60,693 bases of DNA, filler included, from Globobulimina sp. (GCA_003354225.1; 18 parts of 18 records of this genome joined end to end with filler, not necessarily neighbours in it); one strand, 5' to 3'. Positions 1 to 13,094 are shown, counted from the first letter of the whole stretch. Translations and numbers: made by a program. Notes: generated by a model not told the origin, from the sequence alone.

Positions 1-1
1 T

Positions 2-1402
2 TTATTATCTGCGGTGCCGTCACGTTCCTTTTTTCCGCGTGGTTTTTTATGGGATGAGGGCTTTCATCAGTTTATGATTGGAGTGTGGGATTTAGATTTG
101 TCACTGAATATAATCCAGTCGTGGCTGAATAATATGAATGAGATGGGATGGATTGCGAGGGAGCAGATATTGGGCGATGAGGCACGAATGAGGGTACCCG
201 AAGAGTTCCAAGTGCAGAGACCACATATTGCCAATCCACCCACTATGTTTTTAGCCATTAATGCATTGCTACACAGGTATGGTGGCGGTGGTGGTGATGG
301 GTTGGTGGGCATAGTGTGTGATGATGCGGATGAAGTGGTTGGTGTAGAAGTGAAGGATGACGGCATGCAAGGTGTCAGTGACGAGTGTGTAAGTAAAGTG
401 AGAGAGACTAAAAATAAAATTAAAAACTTTTTGGAGAGGAATTGGGAGGCGTTAGTCTTGCATTTCGAGTGGTACCAAATCACGCAAAAGTCACCAAATG
501 ACCCGGGAAGGTATGCCAAGATGCCATGATGTTTGAAGTAAACAGACTCAAAAACTGTTTATTTTCAATCATGACTGCGTGCTGTGACGTGACATAATTT
601 TATACTTAGATCGTATCGATGGAATGGGAGGGAACAACATCATAACTTACCCAGTGGGTTGGATGACTATCCACGGTATAAAAATGTGACCAGAAACGAA
701 GGTCATGTCGATATACATTGTTGGATGATTCGGTTGTATAAAATTATGAGTGGATTTGCAAAATATTTGAATAAAAATGATGAGGCCATAACATGGGCAG
801 AAAAGTCAAATGAAATTACGTTGTCATTGGATGAATACCATTGGAATGGGGACGTAAATGCATATCAAGATTACGCAATGGTCCATGAAGAATTAGAAGG
901 AGAGAATTGGTCCAATGCCAGCGGTCCAATCATCAAAGTATTTGTGAATCATATTGGTTATGTTTCGGCATTTCCTTTTTTTTTGCAAGTTATAGATGCA
1001 TCGTCACCAAATTTGAAATATGTGTTGAAGCAATTAAGCGATGAAAATGGAATGTGGTCCAAATATGGATTGAGATCGTTAGCAAAAAATGATGCGTTAT
1101 ATGGTGGAGGTGAGGATTATTGGAAGGGTGCAATTTGGATAAATATGAATTATTTAGCGGTGAAAGCGTTATATGATTATAAAGCGATTTATGACGGAGA
1201 TGATGAGGAAGTTAAAAATTTGTTGGAGAAATTGTATAAAGAATTAAGAGATAATTTGATACAGAATTTGTATAATGAATATGCGAAATTTGGATTTTTA
1301 TATGAAAATTATAATGGTGATACTGGAATTGGACAGAGATCCAAACCATTTACTGGATGGAGTGCGTTGATACTAAATATAATTGCTGAGACATACCCGT
1401 AA
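2..1402 (+). CDS. MOGS: Mannosyl-oligosaccharide glucosidase (glucosidase I, GH63), 5'-partial, intron 511-609
   Basis: Motifs [39 protein letters not shown] and PFTGWS. Splicing GT511..AG609 restores [17 protein letters not shown] in frame. Confidence 0.93.
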
Positions 1403-1463
1403 CTCTACGTTGTGTAACGTTTTTGTAAATTTGTACTTGACTCTTTTAAAGTTTTTATTAACA

Positions 1464-3279
1464 ATGGCGAATAATAAGCAGTGTATCACGTTTGAATCAT
1501 GCTTTGGTACATTTTATGACATATTAGGCCAAGTTATTTCGCTATTGGATGTATGTACAGATATTATTGTTTGTGTTGGGTTTTATCAAAAAGATAGGAT
1601 GACATTTTTTGGTATTAGTTTGACCATTATTTTACTGGCATTGATAGCCTATGACGTGGCTTTTGTAGGTAGATTCTCGAGAGAACGTATTGGTGGAGAT
1701 ATTTGTTTATTTTTTCTTTTATTACCAATATCACCATTGTTACCATTCATTTTTTATTTCACTGATTCAAATGAGACTAAATTAGCAAAATTCTTTGAAA
1801 AACACTTTTGTGGATTTAAACTTAAATTTGATTCCAAATATACTAACGATGATTCTTCAAAATTAAGGCAATTCATGGAAGAAAAACTTGAACGTCATTT
1901 TGGTTTCATTATTGAAGCACTGGTTGAAGGTATATTTTATATTGTTTCTTTTGGAATTGTATACATTATGATTTTATATGAAAATATAGCCTTTCCACAG
2001 GCCATAATCCAAATGATTGCAATAGTTATTTATAATGAAGCAGATATTATTTCTATTATCTCGATTTTATTATCAATGTTGAGTGTGTCCAGCAAAGCAT
2101 TTGTATTTTCCATTGCTACAGGTTTGTCCTACTCCTTTCATGCCAAATATTGCCAACTTATTGCTGAAAAAATCTATATTATATTAATATTTTAGCTATG
2201 AATCTAAAACAATTATTCTTCAATTGGTGCTGTGCGGTTACTGATTTTTTTGGAATTTTTTTCTCTGTTTGTTGGGTGTTTTACGAACCGACCACCAATC
2301 ATTTATCCAATGCATTCATGCTCATCAAAAACATATGGTTTTATAAAATTGCTTGTGAGCTAATAATGATTGGAGCAATATCTGTTTGTGTTCATATTGC
2401 AGTGATGGTTGAAGTTTATAGCAATGAAGTTTCTAACTTTAACGGACGGCACCAAAGCGGCTGTGCTAAATTCTGCTTATGTTCAATATTATTTTTACTG
2501 GTGACTTTTTTATGGGCCTCTGGTATCATTGCAAGTATATTAGTTTTTGAAATTGTAAATTGGACATATTTTGCTGGCATATTCTGGTTGTTGGGAACAA
2601 CGCGATTCTGTGAAAATAAAAAATCCGGAGAATTCTGGTATTATTTATTTATATATCAACCATATTAAACTAATATAATATATAAATATAATTAAAGGTT
2701 GAGTATGATCGGATGGGTAAATTCTGCACAAAAACACCGTGTTGGTTCCAGATATAAAGGCTGTGTATCATTCACTAAAAAACAAGATAAAATTATGCGA
2801 ATATCTGCTATTAATTATGCTATTTTAAATCGCAAGCAAGCGGGGCTTAAAGATCTTCCATTAAATAATTATCTCACCCAACATCGTGAAAAGAGTCACT
2901 ATTTGACGGTGACAATGAGTGGAATCAGGAAGCATACGCGGAATAGAAAAAAGACAGAGTTTCTGAGTAAATTTTGGTTTGGTTTGTATGGGTATTTTTG
3001 GGATGATGTTAAAGGCGATTTGGAGTATTATTGGAGAGCATACACACAAACCCGGTCTAGACACACTAGAAATAACTTTGTGAGATATGGTTCGTTAAAC
3101 ATCGGCGGGGCAATTTTGACGTTTATATTTGGTCCAATATATATTTTAACAAGATTGTTAACATTATTTTTCCCAGGATTTATTGTTTTATATTTGTACT
3201 TTGGTTATAATGTTAACATTTGGAACACAGAGTTTGTGGATATGTTCCAAACAGTAATGATAACAATATATCTTGGTTT
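1464..3279 (+). CDS. Multi-pass membrane protein, XK-related-like, 3'-partial; introns 1930-1989, 2122-2195, 2638-2697
   Basis: Three ORFs join in frame through GT-AG introns. Many TM segments; LLDVCTDI and spliced EAFPQAIIQ resemble XK-family motifs. Confidence 0.6.
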
Positions 3280-3379
3280 NNNNNNNNNNNNNNNNNNNNN
3301 NNNNNNNNNNNNNNNNNNNNNNNTTAATTAATTAANNNNNNNNNNNNNNNNNNNNNNNNNNNNNNNNNNNNNNNNNNNN
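3280..3379. other. Artificial 100-nt contig spacer (first of 17)
   Basis: N44-TTAATTAATTAA-N44 (six-frame stop linker). The others start at 6659, 10038, 13417, 16795, 20173, 23551, 26929, 30307, 33685, 37062, 40439, 43815, 47191, 50567, 53943 and 57319. Intervening contig lengths never increase, running from 3279 to 3275 bp. Confidence 0.99.
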
Positions 3380-3431
3380 CCAGGATATCGATGAAGATGT
3401 TTTATTAAATCCAAACAAATACAACTCCACA

Positions 3432-4528
3432 ATGTCAATTGGTAACCAATCCGATGGTTCTGATAATGACAACAATTTGGATGAAAAGGCAAATAATCGT
3501 CACTTACCCCCACCAGTTGTTCGTTTCACAACTTTATCAAAACAAAGTATATACATTACATACATACATATAAATATATATTATTATATCCTTGCACAGA
3601 CAGAAAGAGTTCCGATGCAATGTCGAATGTAGACTGGTCCACAGCCAATTGGTCGTCAATATATTTACATTTCCATAGTGTGGAACACGACCATTATATA
3701 TATCCATGTGTGATGATCGTTGGTATGGTATTTATTGTCGCTATAATGTTCACGGAATTATTCTTCGTCCCACCCGCAACATTTGTATTCTGTCGCTATT
3801 TGAATTGGGTTTTATTGATATTGTTTTCCTACATGTTTGCCTTTGTTATTTCATATAGCAAAGTATCTACCAAACGGTGGTGTGTGTTGCGGGATTATTT
3901 ATATGTTTTATATTGGATAAATTCGGTACTCTGCATCTTAATTGGTTTGATCATGAAATGTTTACCGTTTACAAACACGAAAAGAGGAATTGAGGACAAT
4001 TTAAAATATGTGAACTGTGCTAATGAGGATTATGACTGTGATGGATATAAACATCGATATGGAATATCGCATTTGGAGATGGATATTTTGATAGTTTTGG
4101 CACATTCACTTCCGTTTATTTATTGCATTGCAATGTCGATCATGTTTTCGCATAAAGACTCCTTTCAGAAACCGTGTCGCGAGGTACTTATTGTGATGTT
4201 TGTGGCAATATTTTGGTTTTTTTGGAATATATTCTCTTACGTTGCTACAGATAAATGGACATATAAAGGCATTGATAATTTATATGACAATAATAATACG
4301 GATATGTTGATATTATCAATGTTGGCAATGTTAATTGTTTTATTATGTATAATGTTTATGATATATTGCTTCTGTTATATGTTGCATCATCACTGCAGAC
4401 TATGCGAACATAATTATTCAAGATATTTTAAACCAAAAACATTGGCGGCTAAAATGGAGGAAAAGAAGAGAGAGTTAAATGATATGCCTGATCTTGATGA
4501 TGCCTTCTCGAGTGGCATTGCCCTGTGA
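3432..4528 (+). CDS. Multi-pass membrane protein, possibly FAR-17a/AIG1-like; intron 3547-3599
   Basis: A 53-nt GT-AG intron joins ORF 3432 to ORF 3620 in frame. About 7 TM segments, with AHSLP and WTY motifs. Confidence 0.5.
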
Positions 4529-4600
4529 TAGTTCGCGTTTGCTGTTTTCTTTTTTGTTAAATAATCACACAGTTTAGTTGAATAGCGAGATCTTTGTTGA

Positions 4601-6073
4601 ATGCGTAACTGGTTCAAAGTGCGCAGTCGGAGAGTAAAAAGATGGATAGGATTCATATTTTTTACGTCATACGTTCAAATGATAAATTTCTGTTTACCCT
4701 CTGATTTGTTATCTTATTGTTATTGCTGGATATCAGGGCATATCATAGTTATTATATTTACTTATTTAATTCACAAAGTATGCTCGCCAATCATATATGG
4801 AACTCATCAACATCTTGTGGTGTTTTTATCCACCTCATACCCTTTATACGTTTTTATCCTTTTGCCATGCATTTATTCCACCAATTACATACTCCTATTA
4901 TGTGCATTATACTTTCATGTGTGCACTATAATTAATATTGTTGCCACACCATTTCAATCAAAACCATCCAAGAAACGGTTCAAATGTACATGTTCACAAC
5001 CAATGCATTCTGCATTGTACAGATGTTTGATTAGATGGCCGGGAGAGATTCATTACACATCATCGCTAATATCCATTACGTATATGCCAATTTTTATATT
5101 TCACAGTATGTATCTCAATTATTTCTCGTTACAAATACCTTTCGGAGTTATCATTGCTTATATTTCAACATTTGTATATTGTGCTTACACTCTATTTTTT
5201 TCGCTATCGGATGCCACTAAAAATTGGACGCATATCACAATTAATATGAACAATATTAGCAACGCAAAGAAGCCCATCAAAATAGAACATTGCAACAGTA
5301 TCATTTCCCATAAACATGATAATGATGGAAACAATCATGAAAACGACGCAATTACAATTTATCAAATCACAGACACGCATGTTGATTCTTATTGGGCTGC
5401 TTTGCAATTAAAAGGTTTATGTGAAAAGGTGGTGGCGTATGACCCTGACTTAATATTCCTGACTGGCGACTTTTATTATACTCATAACCATGACATTTGT
5501 GCTGACTTATTATATTTTGCTTTATCTCCATTGCAATCAGTATCATATAAATGTTATGGCTGTCTGGGAAATCATGATTTAAAAAGAGATACATTTCTAA
5601 AAAGTGTCCAGGATATATTTTTCAAATTAAATATAAAACTTTTGAGAAACGAGATAACTTTTCAAAAAACCAGAGTTGGAAATATACAAATTATCGGATT
5701 TGATTATGTATTCAAATATCAATGGCATTTAAGACGATCTATAATGCAAAATGTAATGAAAAATAAAATCAATGAAAGGACTCTTGTTTTGCTTCATGAC
5801 CCATTTGCGTTTGATGAGTTTAATGGGGATGAAAATATCTGTGTTTTTTCTGGCCATACTCATGGTGGACATGTAGGACTATGGATGTTAGGGATAACAA
5901 GATTATCATTATTTAGATTATTGCTAAAGTTACCTGATATGGGGTTGTTTGCCAAGGGAAATAATAAAATGTATGTTCATCGGGGCAATGTGTTATGGGC
6001 AAAATCAATATTACGAGTGGGCGTTCCTTGTGAGTACAGCTGTATTAAAGTTGTTTGGGATAATCAGACTTGA
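4601..6073 (+). CDS. Membrane-anchored calcineurin-like metallophosphoesterase (YkuE-like)
   Basis: N-terminal TM helices followed by DTH, GD, GNHD, HDP and GHTHGG metal-binding motifs. The start may be 4679. Confidence 0.85.
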   Translation: MRNWFKVRSRRVKRWIGFIFFTSYVQMINFCLPSDLLSYCYCWISGHIIVIIFTYLIHKVCSPIIYGTHQHLVVFLSTSYPLYVFILLPCIYSTNYILLLCALYFHVCTIINIVATPFQSKPSKKRFKCTCSQPMHSALYRCLIRWPGEIHYTSSLISITYMPIFIFHSMYLNYFSLQIPFGVIIAYISTFVYCAYTLFFSLSDATKNWTHITINMNNISNAKKPIKIEHCNSIISHKHDNDGNNHENDAITIYQITDTHVDSYWAALQLKGLCEKVVAYDPDLIFLTGDFYYTHNHDICADLLYFALSPLQSVSYKCYGCLGNHDLKRDTFLKSVQDIFFKLNIKLLRNEITFQKTRVGNIQIIGFDYVFKYQWHLRRSIMQNVMKNKINERTLVLLHDPFAFDEFNGDENICVFSGHTHGGHVGLWMLGITRLSLFRLLLKLPDMGLFAKGNNKMYVHRGNVLWAKSILRVGVPCEYSCIKVVWDNQT

Positions 6074-6106
6074 CAGCTAAATTACAAAAACATTCTTTAA
6101 TCTCCG

Positions 6107-6658
6107 ATGCCATTTTATCATTCAACTCGTCTGCTGCACATATTATTTCTCTCAACTATTTTATTCACGGAGACACGTAGCGAGGACAGTGATTGTTTTT
6201 ATGGTTTAAATATCAATGATTCTTCCATATTATACAAAGTTTGCCATAAGAATAGTTCATACATACATCAAGCAACAAAACCCGACCAAAATATATTTAA
6301 TACATATGCAACATCTATAGATATGGATTATTTATGGGTTTTGATCGCTGCAATCTTGGTTTTCTTTATGCAAACTGGATTTACTCTGTTGGAGACCGGC
6401 ATGGTTAAACACGTTAACGTCCAAAACATATTATTTAAAAATGTCATGGATGCATGCATTGGTTCGATTACGTGGTTTTTATTTGGTTATGCTGTTGCTT
6501 TTGGCGACGATGAACAATCCAATGGCTTCATCGGAATCGGAAATCTTGTCTTACAGTCGAAAGATTACAACGCATTTTTTTTTCAATGGGTACGTTTTTA
6601 CATATACACAAAAAAATACATACAGTAAAAAACAAAACAAAATCATATACCGTAGGCC
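6107..6658 (+). CDS. amt: Ammonium transporter (Amt), 3'-partial; intron 6590-6655
   Basis: WVLIAAILVFFMQTGFTLLETG, NILFKN, WFLFGYAVAFG and FFFQW|A, preceded by a signal-like N-terminus. Confidence 0.92.
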
Positions 6659-6936
6659 NNNNNNNNNNNNNNNNNNNNNNNNNNNNNNNNNNNNNNNNNN
6701 NNTTAATTAATTAANNNNNNNNNNNNNNNNNNNNNNNNNNNNNNNNNNNNNNNNNNNNTATTATAGCTGGGGAATGGTTTGAATATCTATTTGAAATAAG
6801 TTGTATTATCACACTTTTATCCCGATATTATAACAAGTCTGTTATTGCAAAAGCATGTTTATCGGATTTAATTAGCTGCAATTTCCAACATTTAATAGCA
6901 AAGACAACATTAAATACAGTCGGATCATTTGGGTCA

Positions 6937-7656
6937 TTGGGCTCATTGTTATCTTGTGGGGTAACAATTGATCATCAAACAGCAAACAAATTTAATGAGA
7001 TTGATGATGAAAGCATCACAATCCCCCAACCTATGCACAGACACAAACGGTTTAGCATTACAGGAACAACATCACCTTTCTATGCGTCACCCAGTCAAAA
7101 AGTAACATTGTATACTAATAAAATAATGAATACTCCGGCAAATGAGGCAGATATTACACATTTAACGGAATCAAAGTCAACAACAACAAGTCCAAGGAAA
7201 GTCAGGTCCTCACCACTAAATACTAGACAATCTAATGTTGCATCAAACAAATTGGATAATATAGTACAATGGATATTATTTCATAGAAACAAATTGAATG
7301 TGTTGCTCAACTATATATTAACATTGATTATATATTCATTGGTTGAGTATGACATATTGATACAATGTGAATCTTTATTGTTGCTATCTATCGCTATATT
7401 GGTTGTATATTCCTTTTGCAGATTAAAATTAAAACATCAATCCCAGCAAATGACAGTTAGTGTAGCTACACAAATGCGTTTTATATTGGTAGCAACTGGA
7501 CCATACTTGCTATGTATTGCATATTTTATATTTGCTTTTGTATCACCGTACCATCGGTTATTTAGACTGGCTACGTATTCGTGCATTCTTTTGGTTGGAA
7601 TTATCGTTCAATTGCTATCGAAATTATGTAGAAAAGATACAAAACTGTTTAAATAA
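6937..7656 (+). CDS. Hypothetical membrane protein (start uncertain)
   Basis: 239-aa ORF with a Ser/Thr-rich region and about 4 C-terminal hydrophobic segments. Confidence 0.5.
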   Translation: MGSLLSCGVTIDHQTANKFNEIDDESITIPQPMHRHKRFSITGTTSPFYASPSQKVTLYTNKIMNTPANEADITHLTESKSTTTSPRKVRSSPLNTRQSNVASNKLDNIVQWILFHRNKLNVLLNYILTLIIYSLVEYDILIQCESLLLLSIAILVVYSFCRLKLKHQSQQMTVSVATQMRFILVATGPYLLCIAYFIFAFVSPYHRLFRLATYSCILLVGIIVQLLSKLCRKDTKLFK

Positions 7657-7674
7657 TAAATTTATACATTAATA

Positions 7675-8382
7675 TCAATAATATGTATTATTGAACACAA
7701 GACGAACACACACAACTTGTTTGCTAATTGGATTTAATTTTACAAGACAACTGCATACATCTCTATTTTCATTGGATGCTGCACATCCATATGGAACAGA
7801 GCATGGATCTCGTCTCTGTAGTGATTGTTTTATCGTTTCCTTCCAAAAATCATTCTTCACGTCATTGCCATTTTTCTCCTCAAAATGAAACCATTCATAT
7901 CCTTTCTTTCCAGAGTATGGGTCTTGAATAACTTTAGCATCCTCAAAATGATCATAATCAAAGATACCAACATTCCCATCGTCACATTCAACAATTTGAC
8001 GGTGCAAATACCATTTTCCATTCAATACAGGTTTTTTTATCCAATTCAACGATGAAGAAAAATAGCAAAACTCACAAATTTCACGAATAACCAAATCATC
8101 CGCTACATTCTCTACATATTGAATTGAATAAAGCAATTTGAGCAAATTAGAAAATTCTTTTTCTGATGTTGTTATTGAATCTAACGGCAATAAATCTTGA
8201 TCCTCATTTTCAATTTCAAATAATTCTTGATTCTCATATGTCTGTTCCAGAAATAATCGATTAGGAATATCCCAACAATCTGCATATTCGCTGTCATGTT
8301 GCACGGATTCATGATACGCCAGTAATTGCCTTGTTGTATAATTATTCGAATTTGATTTATAATTACATTGTCCAAAACACAT
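7675..8382 (-). CDS. Hypothetical protein (start uncertain)
   Basis: 235-aa open frame in AT-rich DNA, convergent with the previous ORF; no motif recognised. Confidence 0.5.
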   Translation of the reverse strand: MCFGQCNYKSNSNNYTTRQLLAYHESVQHDSEYADCWDIPNRLFLEQTYENQELFEIENEDQDLLPLDSITTSEKEFSNLLKLLYSIQYVENVADDLVIREICEFCYFSSSLNWIKKPVLNGKWYLHRQIVECDDGNVGIFDYDHFEDAKVIQDPYSGKKGYEWFHFEEKNGNDVKNDFWKETIKQSLQRRDPCSVPYGCAASNENRDVCSCLVKLNPISKQVVCVRLVFNNTYY

Positions 8383-8687
8383 TTAAATACGTGATAAATT
8401 AATCAAATTTGTTTCTGTATGGCGATTGTCAAAATGTCATTGGAATATCAATTTAAAAACATTATCCAAAACACCTTCAACTCACTTTAACTCCCTTCTA
8501 AACCTCACTCCCATCCTTTCGCAATTCTTAAGCGACAAAATAGGACCAAATTAATCTATTAATTTGAATCCATAATAAACAAAACCTAAACACCCAACAA
8601 ATACATACATAAAACAACAAAGAATTAGCAAAAGAAACAAAGAATTAGCAATTTTAGATAAAGTCGCATTGAATAGTATTAGTATAG

Positions 8688-8972
8688 GATAGTATTAGTA
8701 TAATATTCGCCACGTCATCCTCAGTGAATGCTCAGTCGATGAAGAAAATATTACCAAACGATTGGGCTGCAAGTGATAACTTTGGTGGTTCTGTGTCTAT
8801 TTATCAAAATACTGCCGTAATTGGTGCGTATTCGGATGATGACAAGGGATCAGTATATATATTTACCTTCGACAATACAACACATGAATGGACACAGACA
8901 GCCAAATTGGTGGCAAGTGACGAACAAAAATACGATCAAAGCTTGATATCCATTTTAAATGTTGTGTGGTAA
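8688..8972 (+). pseudogene. Truncated FG-GAP (integrin-alpha propeller-like) repeat gene fragment
   Basis: DNFGGSVSI..TAVIGA..DDKGSVYIF..WTQTAKLVASD. It breaks off after one repeat at about 8940, and the upstream frame is closed by TAG at 8685. Confidence 0.6.
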
Positions 8973-9599
8973 TTAATGTAGTCTTATTAGCATAACACCA
9001 TTCTAATTCATATAGAAAACCCTTCCAAATTATAAAACATCGTCCATTATATCTCATTTGTTGCGGTGGAACTTTAATTCTATCAATATCATAGCTGGCC
9101 GCAGCAGGACTAAATAGTTCCACTGTTTTAAATTTTTTTTCCACTTGAAGAGTTGCAGTGTTGAGTACATATAATGTGTCATCAAAATAAATTGCTTTTT
9201 TTTATTCCGACACACTCGCACCATTTACACTTTGTTGCATCATAATACTCCAATGTTTTCGCATAGTCATAATAACCAGCCGGATTTCCACATAATAATA
9301 GGTCACCTAATGGGAATATCACTTCCTAATTAAATTATTCCATTATTTGCAATATAATCAAAATATGCAAAAGTTATCATACGTCATATCAGTTTTTAAT
9401 TCTCCATAAATATGAACAGCACTCATATTTGCTTTAAATTTAATTATTTTTGTTAAACATTAACTTTTAAGGAAGTAGTAGTACAAAACATACGTGAATC
9501 ATGTTCACTTTGTCAGAAAAATATTCGCGATGCAAACACAAGAGATGTTACAATTCATTCTCATTTTTTATTATGTCGATTATTATGAAAATATTGTTA

Positions 9600-9962
9600 T
9601 GGTGGTGGTTGGTATGGCAATGCTTATGGAAGTATAGGAATTGAGTCAAGCAGCAAAAATAATTTTAAATGGAGGAGTGGAATGTTCATTGGAATTCAAT
9701 CAAAGTCAAACAGAGATGTTTATGCTGATGGTTATGATGGATCTGATGGTCATAAATCCAATTTTGGAAAAGATGAAGAATATGGAATTAAATGGAGTTC
9801 CGGTGATGTAGTTGCGATGAGTTAATTTTGAAAAACAAGAAATGGGATATAAAGTAAATGTGATTGATCAAGGAATTGCTTTTAGGAATCTACAGTTGGG
9901 AAAAACATATTATTTGATTGTTAGAATGTATACACATTTTAAAGGAAATAGCATTTTTTAAA
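9600..9962 (+). pseudogene. Frameshifted SPRY-like domain remnant
   Basis: YGIKWSSGDVVAM followed, in another frame, by NFEKQEMGYKVNVIDQGIAFRNLQLGKTYYLIV; frame break near 9820. Confidence 0.5.
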
Positions 9963-10655
9963 TGATGATGAAAAAGAAAATAAACCACAAATGAATTAAT
10001 TATATAAGGTGTTGTTTTTATATTTCAGAATATAAATNNNNNNNNNNNNNNNNNNNNNNNNNNNNNNNNNNNNNNNNNNNNTTAATTAATTAANNNNNNN
10101 NNNNNNNNNNNNNNNNNNNNNNNNNNNNNNNNNNNNNCATATTTGGAAGGAGTGGAGCACAGATTTGTGTTAGGCACATCTTTGGGGACTAGGAAATATA
10201 TTTATCAGCTGGTACAATATTTGAAGAAAAGTACAACAGGTTCTTTAATACTTATAATAATATTTAATAAACAAAACAATAAATAACGTGTGCATAAATT
10301 AATTGCTTGAATTACCATTTTAATTTCCACTAAAAACCTATCAGTTTTGATCCAAGCAACATCAACTTTGATAATGGCACATGTACGGTCCCTAAACATG
10401 CGCAATTTGAATGAGTCTTGCAATTGAATGGGCGATGATTGAATGTTCAATTATTTGCAAGATCTTTCGTCTTTTATGTATTGGCTGAACATGATAATGA
10501 TGATAGTATTGATATTAATGATATAGAACCATATTGTTATCAATGTTTAATCCATGTAATCGCTAAAAATGCAATAAATGTCAATTTTGATGTGTTTCAA
10601 CTGGTTGATGATTTTCCACTGATACTTAGCTTAACTTCATCAACACTTTCGGACA

Positions 10656-12546
10656 ATGTCTTTCTTTTATGTAAAACTCCTGCTGCTTTGGCTATTATTT
10701 GTTGACAGCAATGCATCAGGCAATGGAATGAATATACTATTTATAGTGGTAGATGATTTGCGACCTGATTTAGCCGGACTGTACGGCCAATCTCAAATCT
10801 ATTCTCCAAATATTGATCGATTAATGCAAAATGGCGTTACATTTACTCATTCATACGCTCAATGTCCAATATGCTCGCCATCGAGAACAAGTTTCCTGAC
10901 GGGCTTACGACCGGATACCACGAGAGTTAAAATCATATGTAATTTGCATGTTATTTCTAGTTGCAATGTGTGCAATTAATCTTAATATAAAAGGTATGGA
11001 CTATAGGTCCATATTTCAGAGAAACAATGCCAGATAAAACAGGATTAACTGTAACAACATTATCGCAATACTTCAAACAAAATGGATATTACACAGTGGG
11101 AGGAGGTAAAATCTTTCATCCCGGAGTGTCATCGGGCGGTCCATCAAGTTCTGAAGGTGGCGCTGACGAACCATATAGGTATTGATACTCTGACATATTC
11201 CCCATTTCTATTCATTCATAAAATATATTGATAACCAAAGTTGGACAGATCCTTATTGGTTTTGTGACCAATTTTATAACGGCACTTTCCAATCGCCGGC
11301 AATGCAGAACTGGCCAACTGGCGATGGCTGTGTCCAGGATATCGAATGTGTGCAATGCTTGCAAGCATACCATTCGTGGGGTAATGCCACATTCAAACCT
11401 GCTTTCAGCGCATCTTCGTGTTCGGCAAAGTGTTACCCCGAAGGCGCAGTGGCCAATTATATCCGACATAAATTGGAATCCATCTCAACCAATGCCAGTC
11501 AACAACCTTTTTTTCTCGCCGCTGGCTTAAAACGTCCCCATTTAGGTTGGTTTGGACCGCAGGCATATTTTGATATGTATGACCCTGAAACTGTGGCAAT
11601 TGCAAAGCACAGAGAACCCGCAATCAATATGCCACCGATTGCTTTTTTCCAAAATAGCTCTGAAATGTGCGGAATGCAGGATTTTAAACAAAATAACTCA
11701 TTGACGTATACTCTGTACGTCGACAACAGCAATGTCAGTAATATCAGCGGTGGCTATTATCGGTTGATAGTGGACGAATATCATTCGACTTTGCGTGCTG
11801 CGTATTATGCAGTGGTGTCGTGGATGGATGATCAGTTAGGTGACATTTTGGATGGTTTACAGGAATATGGCTTTTGGAATGACACAGCTGTGGTTTTTGT
11901 GGGCGACCATGGCTATGCTTTGGGTGAGATGGGTGCGTGGGGCAAGAATACGCCTTATGAATATTCGGGGAGAGTACCCACTATTTTTAGAGTGCCTGGA
12001 CAGATGGGACCGGATAATAAATCGTATGGTGGATTTGCTGTGGATGCTATTGTTGAAATGGTGGACATTTATCCCACTTTATTGGATGCGGCAGGTTTAG
12101 CGCCAAATAAACAGAATGAAGGGAGTTCATTGATGAGTTATATTAATGGCAATGCAGGAAATGAATATGGAACAGATAATGTTGCGTATACCCAAACCTT
12201 TAATGTGTGGCATGCGCCGAATGGGACTGCTTATACTGACATAATGGCGTTAAGTATGCGGATGAATGGCTTGAGATACACTGAATATATTATGTATAAT
12301 TGGAGCACTGCTCAGCCATTGTGGGGAAGGGGTAATTTTGGAGTTGAGTTGTATAATCATACTGAATCGACGGAGAATGATTATGATTCGCATGAACTGT
12401 ATAACTTAGCATATGGTGAGGAATATAGTGGGAAAGTGCGACAATTACATCAACAGTTGGTTGAGAACTGGCCGTATGGACCAAATACTACGCAAAAATA
12501 TCCTACAGCAATTTATGTATCACCTGAAGTGTCTTTATATGATTGA
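10656..12546 (+). CDS. Secreted formylglycine-dependent sulfatase (iduronate-2-sulfatase/choline-sulfatase-like); introns 10926-10993, 11179-11240
   Basis: Signal peptide, [23 protein letters not shown] (CxPxR), GKIFH, RPH, GDHG and WGK motifs; both introns restore the frame. Confidence 0.92.
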
Positions 12547-13094
12547 AAGTTGTAGTTGTGTTTTTTTTATCATGACCTGTTGCAAATATATATACGTCTT
12601 GTTTGAAATTTACAAGTTTACAAAATACTGACAAAAATTCTCACTCTGATATTTACAGCTCTACCATTTGATTTAAATACAATCCCGCAAATAGATTACT
12701 GCGTATTTTGTACCTAGCTAATCTGAAATAACTTATCCAATCATATATTACTGCAATCGGGTGGATGCATGTTTGTTGTTATATTAATTTATTATATTTT
12801 TTGGGATTGTTCAGTACTGCAATAATTACAGATTGTAATGTAATTACTTTGTATATGAATCTCTGAAAATATGCCTACAAATAAATAAATATGAACAAAG
12901 ATTTGACAGTACAAGAATTATAAAATATGCAGTGTAATCCATTTGGAAAACATATTTGAATCCTGACCATTCAAAAGAATAATAAAAATTTGAAACAGTT
13001 CAGGCATGTTATAATATGTTCTGTACAGTATTTGAAAATGCATAATATTTTGTTTGAAACAAGATTATAAGTGTTTGCTTTGTAGTATCCATAT

